DNA from: Chlorokybus atmophyticus
Taxonomy: Eukaryota; Plantae; Mesostigma and Chlorokybus algae
DNA length: 64,000 nt
Direction: 5' to 3'
Assembly: GCA_009103225.1 (NCBI GenBank)
Contig: RHPI01000260.1
Coordinates: 630,203 to 694,202, forward strand
Shown piece after piece: positions 11,796-25,318 of the stretch (the first letter of the stretch is position 1; each line of letters starts with the position of its first letter). The notes beneath the pieces were generated by a model. It did not search any database, had not been told where the DNA came from, and was given only the letters and a program-made list of their open reading frames with translations. The position numbers and the translations under genes were made by a program.

Positions 11796-14700
11796 ATGTC
11801 GACCCTGTGGAGGCCGTTCAGGGCGCTGGGGTACATCACGGGCCCCGTGCCGTTCTGCGTGCAGCGGCGGGGGAGGGACGTATTCGTCACGGTGTCTGTC
11901 GGCAAAGCTTGGCAAATATTCAACGTGCGTTGGCGTTTCAATCTCTCTCGGTCTCCTTTGCTCTCTCTTTGCATGCATGCTGCTCTGGAGCTGGGATCTG
12001 CTGCTTCACTACCTATAAGAAATCACATTGCCAATGTGCTGTTTGCTTATTCTGTGTACTGCTTTTGCTGCGCAGTGCGCCAAGCTGACTCTTGCCGTCG
12101 TGGGTAAGTGTTTGCTACAGAGTTGTGTTTGTGCGTGCAAATGTGTATATGATTGAGAAAATCTACTTTACTTCCCTGTTGATTGACCGCGCACTTTGTC
12201 ATTCTATAGTTGCATGCAAGTCACTGCATGTTCGCAACTTCTGGACCTGTTGCAATTTGCAAGCCACGTTATTGATGTATCCTTCAGGGCCGCAATTCCA
12301 GCACAACATACGCGCCTTAGCTGTAAAGGGCGACTACACCTTTGCGGCCGTAGGAAGAGACATTGTTGTGTGCAGAAGAGTGCACCAAGTGAGTGCATGA
12401 ACTGAACTGACCACAGCACAACATCGCACAAACTTGTCTTCCCAATCATGTATGATTCTTGCCCAATCAGGTGGCGGTTTGGAGTGGTCATAGTGGCAAC
12501 ATCAACCACTTGTTGCTTTTTGGCGAAGTGCTGCTGAGCGTTGGCGAGGACCACAAGTTGTGCGTATGGAGAACAGACACAATCTTCCCCAAAGACAAAG
12601 ACAACAACCATGACCAAACACGGCCCCCAACAGCAGTCACTACCACACACACAACCCAACCGGAGAGTGTCATCGACTTGGGCGCGGACTTCACACCGAC
12701 ATGTATCACCCACCCTGACACGTACCTCAACAAGGTGTCCACTCGCACTTGCGTCTTGTCGTTTGCTTTGTTTACCAACACCACTTGGCAGCTGCCATTA
12801 CTCACTCCATGCCTGATGACACGCGAAATGAGCCCTACACCCAGTGCATGAGAGACACCAGAGCTCAACATTACATATGCTCAACACCCACATGTCGGCT
12901 TTCAAGAGCATCATCATCATCAGTTCCTAAAACCACACAGCTATCCAACAACATAAACTGTGTCATCAGGTCTTGCTCGGTAGCGAGCAGGGCCATCTTG
13001 CCCTCTACAACATCTCTTCCCTCAAGCGCATCCACCTCTTCCAATCTTTCCAAGTCCCCGTCCGCTGCTGCGTGAACTCTCCCGCCCTCGACACTGTGGG
13101 CATCGGTCTCGCGGACGGTCGGGTGATCGTACACAACATCAAGTATGATGAGACGGTCCTCTCCTTCCAGCACACGTCGCCAGTCACGGCCATCGCGTTC
13201 AGGACGGACGGGATGCCGGTGATGGCGGCGGCGGGGGATGATGGAGCGGTGACGTTGTGGCACCTGGAGCAGAAGAAACTACATGCGGTACGGTGTGTGT
13301 GTGTGCGTGCGTGCGTGGGTGTGCTTGCATGAGTTGTTGCGGTTGGCATATGCATCTCTAGCTTGGATGTGACTGATTTCCGTCGTCATCCGTACGTTGA
13401 CGGGTTGCGTGAGCGAGTATCGGCCAACACGTTTATATGTAACAGTGTGGTCCAATGTTGCCCAGTGCTAGCGGGGACTGACTGCATTGAAAAACCATGC
13501 TCACTACTAGCATCGTGCACCTTTCTGTTCTGTTGCGTGCTATTTGCTTACAACACAGCTATCACCATTTCTCATGCTGCTGCTCGTTCACCTCATCAGC
13601 ACAGTCCACCACACCAACACTCACACCGTTTGTCATACTCACGCAGGTGATCAAGGACGCGCACGACGGCCCCGTCACCTCCCTCTTCTTCTTCCCGCAG
13701 GAGCCGGTGCTGATGTCCGCCGCCAAGGACAACGCCATCAAGCACTGGATGTTCGACACGCCGGACGGGGAGGGAAGACTACTGCGATTCAGAAGTGGAC
13801 ACAGGTGCGTGTTGAGAGCTTTGTGTGTCGGGTCATGTTGGGTTGTTTTGTGTTGAGTGCTTGTCATTTATCCAGATTTATGCGTGCGCTTGCATCAGGT
13901 TCTTGTACACAGCCTGAGACTTCTTTTGTGCAGTGCTCCGCCCACTTGCATCCGCCATTATGGCGAAAGCGGGCGCTACCTTCTGTCTGCTGGCCAAGAC
14001 CGAGCATTCCGCTTCTTCTCCACAATACAGGTATCTCAAACATGCATACAACACCACCTTGACACTCTGTTGTCCTCACAGGACACTCGCGCACTAAAGC
14101 TCGCACCGCAGCACACAACTCACACGCACGCACGCAATATGAAACCTCACATTGATTATCTCACACGACCTCTTGATACGCACGAGTCACATACTGCCTA
14201 TCTGATCATCCATCCCTTCTCTCCCTTTCAGGACCAGCAGTCTCGCGAGTTGTCCCAAGGCAAGGGTCTCGCCCGTCGCGCCAAGCGTATGAGGTTGGCG
14301 GGCGGCGCGGAGGAGCTGAAGCTGTCTCGCGTGACGGCCCTGGCGGCCTCGGAGGTCCGGGCGCGCGACTGGTGCAGCGCGGTTACGGCGCACGAGCATG
14401 ATGGGAACGTGTATACGTGGAGGGTGCAGAATTTCGTCATCGGGGAACACGTACTGCGGCCGCAGGTGAGAGGGGGATGGTTGGTAGGTTTGGTGTGTAC
14501 GCGCAGTGAATGTCGTGTTGTTGTTGCACGCGGCTTGCCATAGCTCACGTGGTTAGCCTTGGCTTAACGTCGTCGTTGTCATTGTCATCGTCATCTTATT
14601 TCTTAGAGGGCAAGATTAGGACAATTGTTGCAGCAACTCTTGCGTGAGCCCCCCCTTGTTGTGTTGCACGTAACAACCCGCGCGCATACGCGTACAACCT

Positions 14701-16819
14701 CAACCCCACTACACGCACTGCGTGTATCATGAATCCAACCCACTCACCCTCTCTTTTCAGGGTGACAATCCCTCTCCTGCCACTGCGGTCGGCATCAGCG
14801 CCTGCGGCAACTTCGCTCTTGTGGGCAGCGACGCCGGGTCCGTCGACCGGTACAACCTGCAGTCGGGGCTGCACCGGGGGTCCTACGCGCGCGACGGCGG
14901 GGATGATGGGGAGATGGTGGGACTCCTTGCGCATGACGCGAAGGTGGTGGGAGTGGACTGCGATGGGTGTAATAGGGTGATGGTCACGGCATCGACGGAT
15001 AAAACTATCAGGGTGAGAGAGAGAGAGAGTAGGGTGCGCTTCTTCACTTTGTGTGGTTGTCGGTTTGTCTGCGTGCGCGGGTGCGTGCGCGTGCGCGTGT
15101 GGATGTACGTGCATGCGCTCCTGCACGTGTGTGCGTGTGTGCACCCACGCATATTAGTGCACCCACGCACACATTTGCGCACCCATGCTCCCACGCGCGC
15201 ATGCACAAACTCGCATATGCGCACAAGCGCCCATGCATTGATGCATGCATGTGCGTACGTGCGCGCGCGCTTGCGCGTGTGTGTGTGCGTGTGCATGGGC
15301 GCACATCTATCTGCCTGCCTGTTCGTGTCACTTGTTTGAAGCAATTGGTCATCAGGCATCTTACGCAAGGGTGACGTGTTCAGGTGTGGGACTTCCGCAC
15401 GCGCCAGTTAAAGTCCACAATCAACGTGGGCGTTGCCTCCACGCGTATGTCACTCCACCGCGGCAGCGGTTTGGTCGCTGTGGCTGGATCAGACTCAACC
15501 TTACGTGTGTTCGACTTCACCGCTTCTCGCCTTGTTCGCAAGTTCAAAGGCCACACCGACCGCATCACCGACACAACATGGAGCTCGGACGGCCGCTGGT
15601 TGATATCCTCCAGCATGGACTGCACCGTGCGCGTGTGGGACGTGCCGGCGGGGAGTTTATTCAACGTCATGCGAGTGAAATCGCCCGTCACGGGGATATC
15701 CGTCTCGCCCGCGTCGGATTTACTCGCCACCACGCACGCGCATCACAACGGGATTTACTTGTGGGCTAATCAGCTTATGTATGGAGATGATGTGGCACAT
15801 GCAAAGCTGGCGAAGCGAGCGCAAGTGGTGAGTATGCCGACTGTGTCGGATATCAACCCGAGGGCCGGCGATATCGATGGTGATGGAGGGTACTATGACA
15901 GCGACGAGGAGTCGATTTTGACTCATGTGGATGCGGAGGGAGCTACCGGTGATATCGATCCCGTGAAGGTGGCAGGAGCGGCCCCAGAGCTGATATCGCT
16001 GTCCATGCTGCCTGCATCGCAGTGGCATGCGCTGCTGCATCTCGACGTCATAAAGGTGGGAACGTGTTCACGCACTCCAATGTTGTGTTACAAACTGTCA
16101 CATGCCGTGTGTTTCTGCGTCACACAGAAAACTCTGTTAGGCGGCTGTAGTGTGGCTTCTGACTTTTGGGCCTCTTGCATGTTAGTTTGTTGTGCATATG
16201 CCAACAATCATATCTTGCTTCGCAGGCGCGCAACAAGCCGATTGCGCCACCGGAAAAGCCCGCTGCAGCGCCTTTCTTCCTGCCAACGTTGCCGTCACTC
16301 ACAGACAAACCCACATTTGTCATTCCCGACAAGCCGTCTACAGATGGAACAAAGACCCCGAAGCGCGACTCGCACGTGCTGAAAGGGTCTGCCAGTGGCA
16401 ATGCACACACGCACTTGCAGCAGTCACTCCTCGACTACGCCGCGGGCACACTCGACGTGGACATCGTGTTGCAAAGGTTGCGCGACACGTCCGCTTCGGC
16501 TTTAGAGGCAGAATTGATGGAAATGGAGCCTATTGGTGGGCCGGATGATGATTATGCGGGCGATGAGGAAGCTATCCACTCCATTGATGCGGCGTTGAAG
16601 TTTATCGATGATGCGTCCGGGACCAACCGAGAGTACGAGCTCGTGCAAGCGTTCCTCTCGCTGGTGCTGAAGATACACGGCAACACCATTGCGGGGAATG
16701 AGCGCCTGAGAGGGCACTTGAATAGGCTGAAACAGCGCCAAGCGGCTGCGTGGAGTAGGCTAGACTCGCTGTTCAACTCCACGCGCTGCTTGCTAGCGTT
16801 TTTCTCAAGTACTCAATAG
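11796..16819 (+). CDS. UTP21: U3 snoRNA-associated protein 21 (WDR36), SSU processome UTP-B subunit
   Basis: N-terminus MSTLWRPFRALGYITGPVPF...VSVGKAWQIFN; ITHPDTYLNK; VIKDAHDGPVTSLFFFPQEPVLMSAAKDNAIKHWMFD...LLRFRSGH; multiple WD40 repeats; Utp21 C-terminal region LISLSMLPASQWHALLHLDVIK-ARNKPIAPPEKPAAAPFFLPT and YELVQAFLSLVLKIHG. Confidence 0.93.
15051..15300. repeat. GT/CA/GC-rich compound low-complexity tract in a UTP21 intron
   Basis: Alternating purine-pyrimidine runs (gtgcgtgcgcgtg, cacgcacac). These generate the spurious R/V/C/H/A-rich ORFs in the ORF track. Confidence 0.8.
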
Positions 16820-17348
16820 TCACTGTTGGGGATGATTGTCAGCTGCCATGTTTGTAAATCTGCTGTGTTGCAAGCAGGCCCCACCCTTGCAATCAAAGTA
16901 CACAAACAAAGTCAAGCCTCCATATATACATAACGTATCAGCAAATAACGTCAGCCCAAGGTGCGACTGCTACTGCTAAGAGCGCAAACTAGGCCCGTCA
17001 CACCCTTTAGTTCCAACATGTACAGGGCTTTTGTAGCATTTGCACTAGACCATCAGTGCTACTGCAATGCCAATGCACATATGGGCTGGCCCAAGCCGCC
17101 CTTGGCTCCACTAAACGCAATACACATATGCACACGGGTAGTCACAGAGCGAATTGCATTACAGCTATAATATGCCACGCATACAAGACACTTGCATGCT
17201 CACCCGCAATCGTTGTTGCGGATCGACCAAGCTCAAGACCAAGACGTCAAGCAATCAGCCAACCAGTTATTCACATCTACAACTTACACTTGCTATACAA
17301 CACCACATGTACACTTCTGCAGACACAGCACCACATTAACAGCAGCAG

Positions 17349-19522
17349 CTACAACTCTTTGGTCCTCCACCTTGACTCCTCATGCTGATGGTTCTCATCT
17401 ACATGCTGCATCTGGCCATTCATACCATCATCATGATGATGGACCTGCACGCGAGCGCTCCCTGCGTGTTGCAAGCGCGACGGCCGTGCGGATACGATGG
17501 AGTCGGAGCGAGACACGAGCTGCGGGGATGAGTGAGACCTTGTCATTGATGATCCGTCCGCGGCGAGCGGGGGCAACTCATGTGCTGAATTTGAGGGCAA
17601 AGCGGGTGCGGCTGGCTGCGCGATTGCGTCCCTCAGCCACACGCACATTGACTGGAAACCGCTGCTCACTTCAGAGCTCAGCTGCTTCACCTGTCAAACA
17701 AGTGGTGTTTACGTCAACACGCATTGCAGATATGCACGTCCGCGTGCGTGAACTTGCTTTGACGTGGCTGATGACAGCCACGTCAAAGCTTACCGTGTCA
17801 ACAGCAGTGCCAACCATGTCCAGCGTCGCGTCGGCGCCATTAGCTAGTCGATTGACCCAAGCTGTACAAAAGGCAGTTGATGCAAGTCCAACACAGACAT
17901 GAGCAGATGCGTGTGCACCCACACCCACACCCACACCCACACCCCACCTCAACCCAGAGACAAAATGAGGTCACCTACCAGGAATGGGGGCCACGCCAAG
18001 CTTTTCGCACAGCTCGTTGCAGAAATGGTTGCAATTGCGTGCTAGTAGATCGTACGTGCAGCCTTGCCAGTCCACACTGAGAGCCGTAACAATTTCCTTC
18101 ACCTGCACCAGCACCGGCATTACAAACCACTTTAATAAGACACCAGACGTAATGCCATACTGGCATTGGTTTGTGCCCAACAAGTAAGCGCAAGTACCAT
18201 ACCTCACCTTTGCTTGCGTCAATGCGGTCATGCCCAACGGCACCGTCTCTCTAAATGAGTACATCGGGTTCTTTGTTGGCACTGTGCAGAACACGCCCGT
18301 GCCACGCTCGCAGTACCCAAACGACCACTCCTCCCCATAAACCTGCCGCATGCAACAGATATAGTTTCAACAAAATGTGACATAAGTAGTAGAAAAGATT
18401 ATGCTGCTGCCTGCCAGCATAACACATAATTATGCTTGCAACGCCACCATCGCAACAGTTGCCAGACTGAACACATATACTAATGCACGCACTCGGCATG
18501 ACATAGTGAGAGCGCAAACTCTGCGAAGGGGAGTGTTTGGCTACAAGGGTTGAAGACCATGGCCTCACTTAGCGTGCTATCATGCGCATAACTGTGTTGA
18601 GCGGCCTACTGCCATTGTCAGCAAGCAGGAAGCAGCAATTAGTACGGACCAGAAGAGGAGCGAGCGGATCAACCAGATGACGTGGCTGCATGCTGTTGGT
18701 TAACTGAATGCGGCCAGGATGTGCCCAGAACCGCATGATGCATTGCTGATATACGCTGGTATATACATGTGCAATGTATTTGTGAACATGGCCTTGGCCA
18801 ATTTCAGCGTGTATGCGCAATACTCATCAATAACAACAAACAAAACTGTGTGCACACTTTTAGGATAAATAGTATGAGCCACCAGGGGCAGAGGATTGCA
18901 GCTATGTATTGGGTTTGCTTCATTGGGCAGACTTATACTGTATTGCAAAAGTAACAAAGCGAGCTGGACTTTGGGTATTAGAAATGTCACTGCTCGATCC
19001 TAATAACATATTGTGGCCAAAACAAAACGAGGGCAGCAAAACACATACATTTCAATAATTCATTGCGTACAATACGGGGTACAATCTCGACGAGTCAACA
19101 GTCAACACAGCAGTGGAATGCTCTTATGGTAGAAAATTACCAAATTCAGTTTTGTGGAGTAATACTATGATTTCATACGCTTATAAACCTATTCAATTAC
19201 GTAACGTATTTACTTAATAAGTAGTTAATGATGGCAATAAGCAAACAAATGACGATTTAGTTTATAACCACGATGAATGACGCATCTCAAAGTACATGGA
19301 GTATTACAACTGAGTGTGACGAGAATAGCTGTGCCTGCACTGACGACCCAACCACGATGGATTGTCATGTTATTCCATGCATACCTCAATGCCGCCGTGG
19401 AACACTCCGCCAAGACCCACGCCATCCCGCATGAGGCGGTTGAGGTGGACGATGGCGGCATTGGTGTTGCCACTGGCGCTGTTTGTCACGTCGTATACGT
19501 GCAGCAGCACCGCCGCCGCCAT
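17349..19522 (-). CDS. DeSI-like / PPPDE (C97) thiol peptidase
   Basis: Spliced MAAAVLLHVYDVTNS...GVGLGGVFHGGIE|VYGEEWSFGYCERGTGVF...YDLLARNCNHFCNELCEKLGVAPIP|AWVNRLAN, containing the catalytic His and the NCNHF Cys motif. Intron 1 is about 1 kb. Confidence 0.9.
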
Positions 19523-19598
19523 GCAAATGGATACCTGCTTGGGCCAGGCTAGCCTAGCGCAGCCTGGGCCAGGCCAGGTTAGGGGCCAACGCCCAAAC

Positions 19599-19614
19599 AA
19601 ACCCTAACCCTAAC
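19599..19614. promoter_or_regulatory. Telo-box-like motif AAACCCTAACCCTAAC in the DeSI / orphan-gene divergent promoter
   Basis: Telomere-like repeat about 80 nt upstream of the DeSI ATG. The telo-box is an established plant promoter/5'UTR element. Confidence 0.55.
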
Positions 19615-20052
19615 TCCGCCTCCGCCTTCTCCAGCTCAGCCTCCACGCCATCATCCACCTCCACCTCCGCCTCCACCGCCGTCTCCCCGCTGCCCCTGGC
19701 AATCGTTCGTCACCAAGCTATCTCACTGCTTCATCCCAGCGACGCCACCCCCACCGCCACCACCCCCACCGCCACCGCCACCGCCGCAGGCTACCGCATT
19801 AAACTCTAAATGCATACTTTCTGGTCTGGTGTTCCGTACAGTGCCTGTGAGCGTTGTCTCAGAGCGTTGCTGCCAGCATTGCAGGACAGAGGAGGCATTG
19901 TTGGCGACAATATTCTTTGTAGCCTGTTAAGATTCTTAACGCGCCGCTCAACTTGCGCTTAACTTCAGCGGACGCTCTGGTCACGTGACGTTGCTGAACC
20001 TTTTGGTTAAGTCGGCTAACTTCTCGGAGAAAACTAACCGCGGTTGTCAGGC

Positions 20053-23000
20053 ATGGCGCCACGTGGCGGAAGGGGGGCGGCGGCGGCGGCGGCGGCGGCA
20101 TCGCCACCACCCGTGTCGCCAGATTGGGATCCCAACGCCACTTGGCCCCGCAGACACGCTCGCTCGCCCCCCGCCGCCGCCTCCCCTCCACAACCACCAC
20201 CTCAACCACCGCCTCAGGACTCTGAAATTCACCTGGAAGCATCTGTCAGGTAAGGTTACACAGGTGCTATACGCAATCCAATCAGAGTGGATGTGAACAT
20301 ATTATGAATCTCAAGTGTGTATGTGTATTCAGGCGGCATGAGAAGGAGGTGGCTGCATTGTTGTGGACGCGAGTGGCTCGGCCAGGCTTGTCCTCCCTCT
20401 CCCTGGTGATAATGCAGTGCAGGATGAATAGTTCTGAGAGACTGTATAGCAATTGGCACGTATAACCATGTGCTATAAACATTGACATGCTTATATGCGC
20501 TTGCAGGAAGGGGATGGTGGCGCTGGCGCGGTGCTTGGGCGGTGGCTGGCTCGCGGGGGCGTAGCGCGCTGCAGCGTCTACCTCGCCTGCTGCGAAGTAC
20601 GTGGTGTGACGACTGAGATTCCCCACCACCTCACGTACACACACATGCGCTCACGCACACGCATACGCACACGCACACTCACAGGCGCACACGCACATGC
20701 ATATGCATACGCACACGCACACGCAGACACTCTTGCACATCCCTAAACAGGTGGTCTTACAAGACCTGCAAGAAGAAGAGCGAGAAGCACAGGAAGGAGA
20801 AGGAGAAGGAGAAGGAGCAGAAGGGCCCGGGTTTGGGTCCGTCTCCGGTTCTGGGTCCGGGTTCGGTACCCAAACACAGTTGGGTCCCGTACCCGCCAAC
20901 AGTAGCAGCACCAAGAAGAAAGGTCCTCTCTCCCCACGCATGCGCCAACTGCAGGCAAGTGCAAGTATGAGACCATGATGTTGAGAGCTGTACTGAATGT
21001 TGCTCTCTCTTTTTGTGTTGTCATTTGCACCAACAGAGGCAGGAATCAACGGACCTGCGCTACGGGCTTCTGCTGTCGGACACGTCCAGCGATGAGGAGG
21101 GACCCACGTCGGCGGGACCCGTCGCTAAAGCTGCGTGGCGAGAACTCGTCGCTGGTACGTGTGAACGATGTGCACCCGATGTGCACCCCTTGCGTCGTGT
21201 GGGAGCGTGCGTGCATGTGTGTACGTGAAACGTGTGCGCACAGCCGTATGCTCACATTTTACACACCGTACAACCGCACGACACTGTAGTACAACCATGT
21301 GCGCATGCGCGTGTACATGTATGTGCGTGCATGCGTGCGAGCATATGTGTGTGTATCATGCTACCAACACCTATCAACATTGTGCAGAGGCGGCTTTGGG
21401 AGCTGCGGTAGCGAGGGTGATGCAGAACCGGACGCTTCCCGCGCCAGCATACCCCGACAGCAACAACATCAACAACAGCTTCAGCCACCACAACAACAAG
21501 GCGAAGAGGGCGGGTGAGAGGGCGGCGAGGGCCGCGGGTGCGCTCGCGTGGGTCGTGGAGAACTATCCCAGCTACCCACTTGAGGTATGTGTGTATGTGA
21601 CAAAGTCACTCACCTTTGCCTATATTTTTCATTGATCATCAATATGTGAAACATGCAAATTGTTATGGCCAGGATGGAGCCTCTGAGATGGAGCGGCGAT
21701 GCCTCTTTGCAGTTGTGAAGTGGTAAGACAACACCATCATCATGTGTTTGTTCACCTGGATTCAGTGTGTCACATACCAATAGAACAGTACATATGGCAA
21801 TAATTTGTGGCAATGTGGCAGCTTGCATCAGCAGCCGCTGCCGGCGGACGTGCGCCAGCTGGCCGCCTGCGCTCTCGCCCTCATGCCTTGTAAGCGCATG
21901 TTGGTGTGTTTTATGTTGATGTGGTCACGAAACGCAACCACATGCCTTGCGTGTCCACACACCACCACGGCAGCCAGAAGGCAACATTTGTTGTCATGTG
22001 TGTCGAGCAACCATTGTTGTGCTCGCCTAACGCAGTGCCGGACTTGGTGGCGCTCATGTGCGTGGACGTCAAGGCGGGCTTATTGAAGGTGTGTCAGTGG
22101 GAATTGTCAACAACAACAACAACAGCACAACTATATGACCTGCATGAACTCATCACGCATGTTGTTATTCAGGGGGTTGAAAGCGACAATTCAAAGAGAT
22201 TTGCCCGCGAACAGCCAAGGCAGGCACTGATGACCGATTCATGACATGAGTTGCATATAGACCCCTCATGCTGTTACTTGGACTCAACCCCTCTCCTCAC
22301 TGATCTGTGAGGTCTTGTCATTTGTGTGACAATACTTCATTCATGTCTGTGAATGACAGGCTTCTGGAGTGGCTGCCACGGGCATGGACGGCCCGCTGCA
22401 CTCTTGCGGTAGGCAGACACAGTCCTTATCATCATACATCTATGAATTATACTCATTATTCCTCAAGAGGCCGTGTCATATACCAGCTGTAGCCGCATAG
22501 TCACGAATGGCACTGTTTTTCTTTTTTGGGGTTGAGTCATTGGAATGAACCAATTGCAGGGGTCGCTTGAGGACTTTGAGTGCAGAGAGCCCGACGCCTT
22601 TGAGGCGTGGAGATTACGGGTGGGTATCTATAGCAACGCGATGTGTGTACATAAATCTCCAAGACTACTGTGATGTGACCAAGCGCAGACGCAGTGCATA
22701 TTCATGAAATGCAACATACACCTCCACCATCAGCCGCAAGTTTTAGTTTTTTTTTGTTTTACTGCGACGGCAGGAGGTGCTCAAGACCAACAAGACACGG
22801 GCACAAGCGTACTCGCTGTTGACAGCACAACTAGGTGAGAAATGCATGGAACTCAATCCGACTTAGTAACGCACATAACAAATAAACTCCAGTTTTGGAT
22901 TTTATTTGTTATGCATTGTCATGAGTACCCCTCATTTCTCTTGCTCACAAGTAGATGACAGTAATGAATATACATGGGCAAAAGATCACATCTACTTCAT

Positions 23001-25063
23001 GTGTCGAGTCACATGACAGATGCAATGCGTTTCATCCTAAAGCAGAGCTGACCTTGAGACTGGCCTTCCTCTGATCATGATACATTCTCTTTTCTTCGCA
23101 GGTAGCATAGGGAAAAGCCTTAGTGGAGGCGGCAAAGCCCGGCTGCGGGCGCTGCAGTCCATAGCAAGGTTGCTGATAGGTGAGACGCCCCAATTGATAC
23201 ACTTTGCGTGCGATGCTTGCATCGCCCATTCAATCTACCAATCGACACATCTTGTTGACTTGATTGTTGCTGCTGTCAACAAGAAATTCAACAAAGGCGC
23301 GTGTTGACTTCTGTTCTTCAAATCTATGTGGACAGATACACTGCCACTCTACCCTCCACCACTGAAGCAAGCCAGGGAGCTCAACAGCGCAGGTAGCGCA
23401 TCATCAACGTGGTTGGCTCTTTCACTTGTACTCATCATCAACATCATCATCATCATCTTTCTTGGTCATCTTTGGATGTACACAACCTGAATTTGGCGCA
23501 GTGGTCAAGCTTGCCAGCAAGTCAGGAGGCGCGGTGGCCCCCGTAGCAACCACCCTTGCGCAGCTGCGAGGCCTTCTTGATACTGGTAGTACAATACAAA
23601 CAAAACAACACTCAACGTTGTGTGCACCATACCAAGCAAATACATTCACTTATCCACGAACACGCGCATGCATGCGCACACACACACTTTGTCTACATAG
23701 ACACTCATGGTTTGTTTCACCATTGCACATGTTCACTTTTTCACTCCATCACTTACTCACTCAAGCATTCAGTCACTAGCTCAAAGACTCTCTGACCCTC
23801 TTTGTGCAGGTGATGGAGGGCGTGTGCGCAGTAGTAGTTGTAATAGTAGAGCAACTGGCGCGTTCACACCTCGCAGGCGCTGCGTGCCATTCGCGCACGT
23901 GCCGGGTTGCACCTGCGTGAGCGAGCGCGACATCAAGGAGCTCAACGCGGCGTTGGACGAGAAGTTTGAGGAAATAAACAGTAGCAGTGAGGTGAAAGAT
24001 GACAGCAACTGCGACGAGGCGCAGGAGTCGCACCTGTACTCGGTGAAAAACTGGGCCATGACTTTGAGGAGTGGTGAGATGCTTTTAACATCAAGTGGGA
24101 AAGCTTATGGGGATGATAATGGCGTTGTCAAGTCCAAAGATGGTGTGGCGGAAGGACTTGTGGACATAGCGGGCGACACGAACAAGCATTCCATTGATAC
24201 CCTTAGCTCCATTTCCGGCAAGGAGCAGGGCCATAGCGAAGCTGGTATGAAAGGTACACACAGATGCATGTTGCTCTATCGTGTCAGGGTGCAAAGCTTC
24301 CATGGTACACTGTGAGTGCATACTGCATGTGGTGATGTGGTTTTGCAAACTGCAGTGGAGAACGGCCATGATGCTGCAACCGCCAACACGCGTATGAAAG
24401 ACAATGACATTGGGGAAGTGCAAGCTTCACTGGCCGCTGCTGGAGACATGTCATCGAGCAGGCCAAGCAACGCGACTGAAGGCTTAGAGAAAGAACGAGG
24501 ACGCCATCGCAGAGCCGCGAGCTATGTCGGTAAGTCCTCACCACATGACACTCTGATATTGTATTGGGTATCGCACCTAACCTCCCGCACATGACATTGG
24601 CATACCTTGCATCACAGAATTGTTGACATCGCGGAGGCTGCAAGGCGACCCGCCCGCATCCTTCTCTCCAGTCCTCTCCAGGGCATTAACATCCAGGAGG
24701 GAGAGCGCTCCTGAGGATATCAACAACACCATGGCCGATAGAGGCACGCCTGAGGGGAGCGGTGTTGATCTCCAGCCCGGTGGTGATCGCGAAGCACCCG
24801 CTCCGGGAAAGACTTATGAGGCATTCCTTCTAGCCAAGAAGAGTGGAGGATGCAGTAGGAGAGGGAGTCTCTCAAGCCGGAGATTAATGAGGAGGGATAC
24901 AAAGGAGACCAGATGGTCTTATGACGGGAGCGTGATGAGCACGAACAATCATGCCAAGCATGGCGAGGAGGGCGGCAGCAACAACAATGTGAAGGAACCT
25001 GCCATTGAACCTGTGATTAAAGCTTTTACAGTAGCTGAGGCAGAGGTAGGCATGATGCATTAG
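20053..25063 (+). CDS. Uncharacterised multi-exon protein (about 14 exons): helical central region, low-complexity termini
   Basis: A chain of phase-compatible exons was reconstructed: MAPRGGRGAAA...; RQESTDLRYGLLLSD; AWVVENYPSYPLE; PLPADVRQLAACALALMP; LLEWLPRAWTARCTLA; GSLEDFECREPDAFEAWRLR; ... AEAEVGMMH*. No family recognised. Confidence 0.6.
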
Positions 25064-25318
25064 GAACCGGTAGCTGGTAAGCTACAGCTTGTACACTACA
25101 CGTACAAGCTACAAACATGTACATGTAGAGCTGCATGTAACAGGTAAATAAGCCATTATTGATTGGGTTCCCAGTCGACCTACTCTCTCTCAGAAGTAAA
25201 CCCAACATCTGCGTGGGATACTTGTTCTCACGTACTTTGCATACGAATGCTAAGTGTCAAGTGATCTCCCGGACTACCCATGTAGTCAGTATGCTCTGCC
25301 GCGATAAGTTAACGCTTG

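Noticed and set aside
14596-15374. R/V/C/H/T/A-rich ORFs on both strands
   Set aside because: Translation of intronic GT/CA low-complexity sequence.
18800-19350. AT-rich stretch in DeSI intron 1 as a possible insertion
   Set aside because: No terminal repeats, target-site duplication or coding remnant was visible.
19599-19800. Telomerase RNA candidate, from the telomere-like AAACCCTAACCCTAAC
   Set aside because: No recognisable USE/TATA type-3 promoter or poly-T terminator; its position in a divergent promoter fits a telo-box better.
22560-22620. DAFEAWRLR resemblance to plant PATROL1/MUN-domain proteins
   Set aside because: Only a few residues match and the flanking exons do not fit what I recall of that family.
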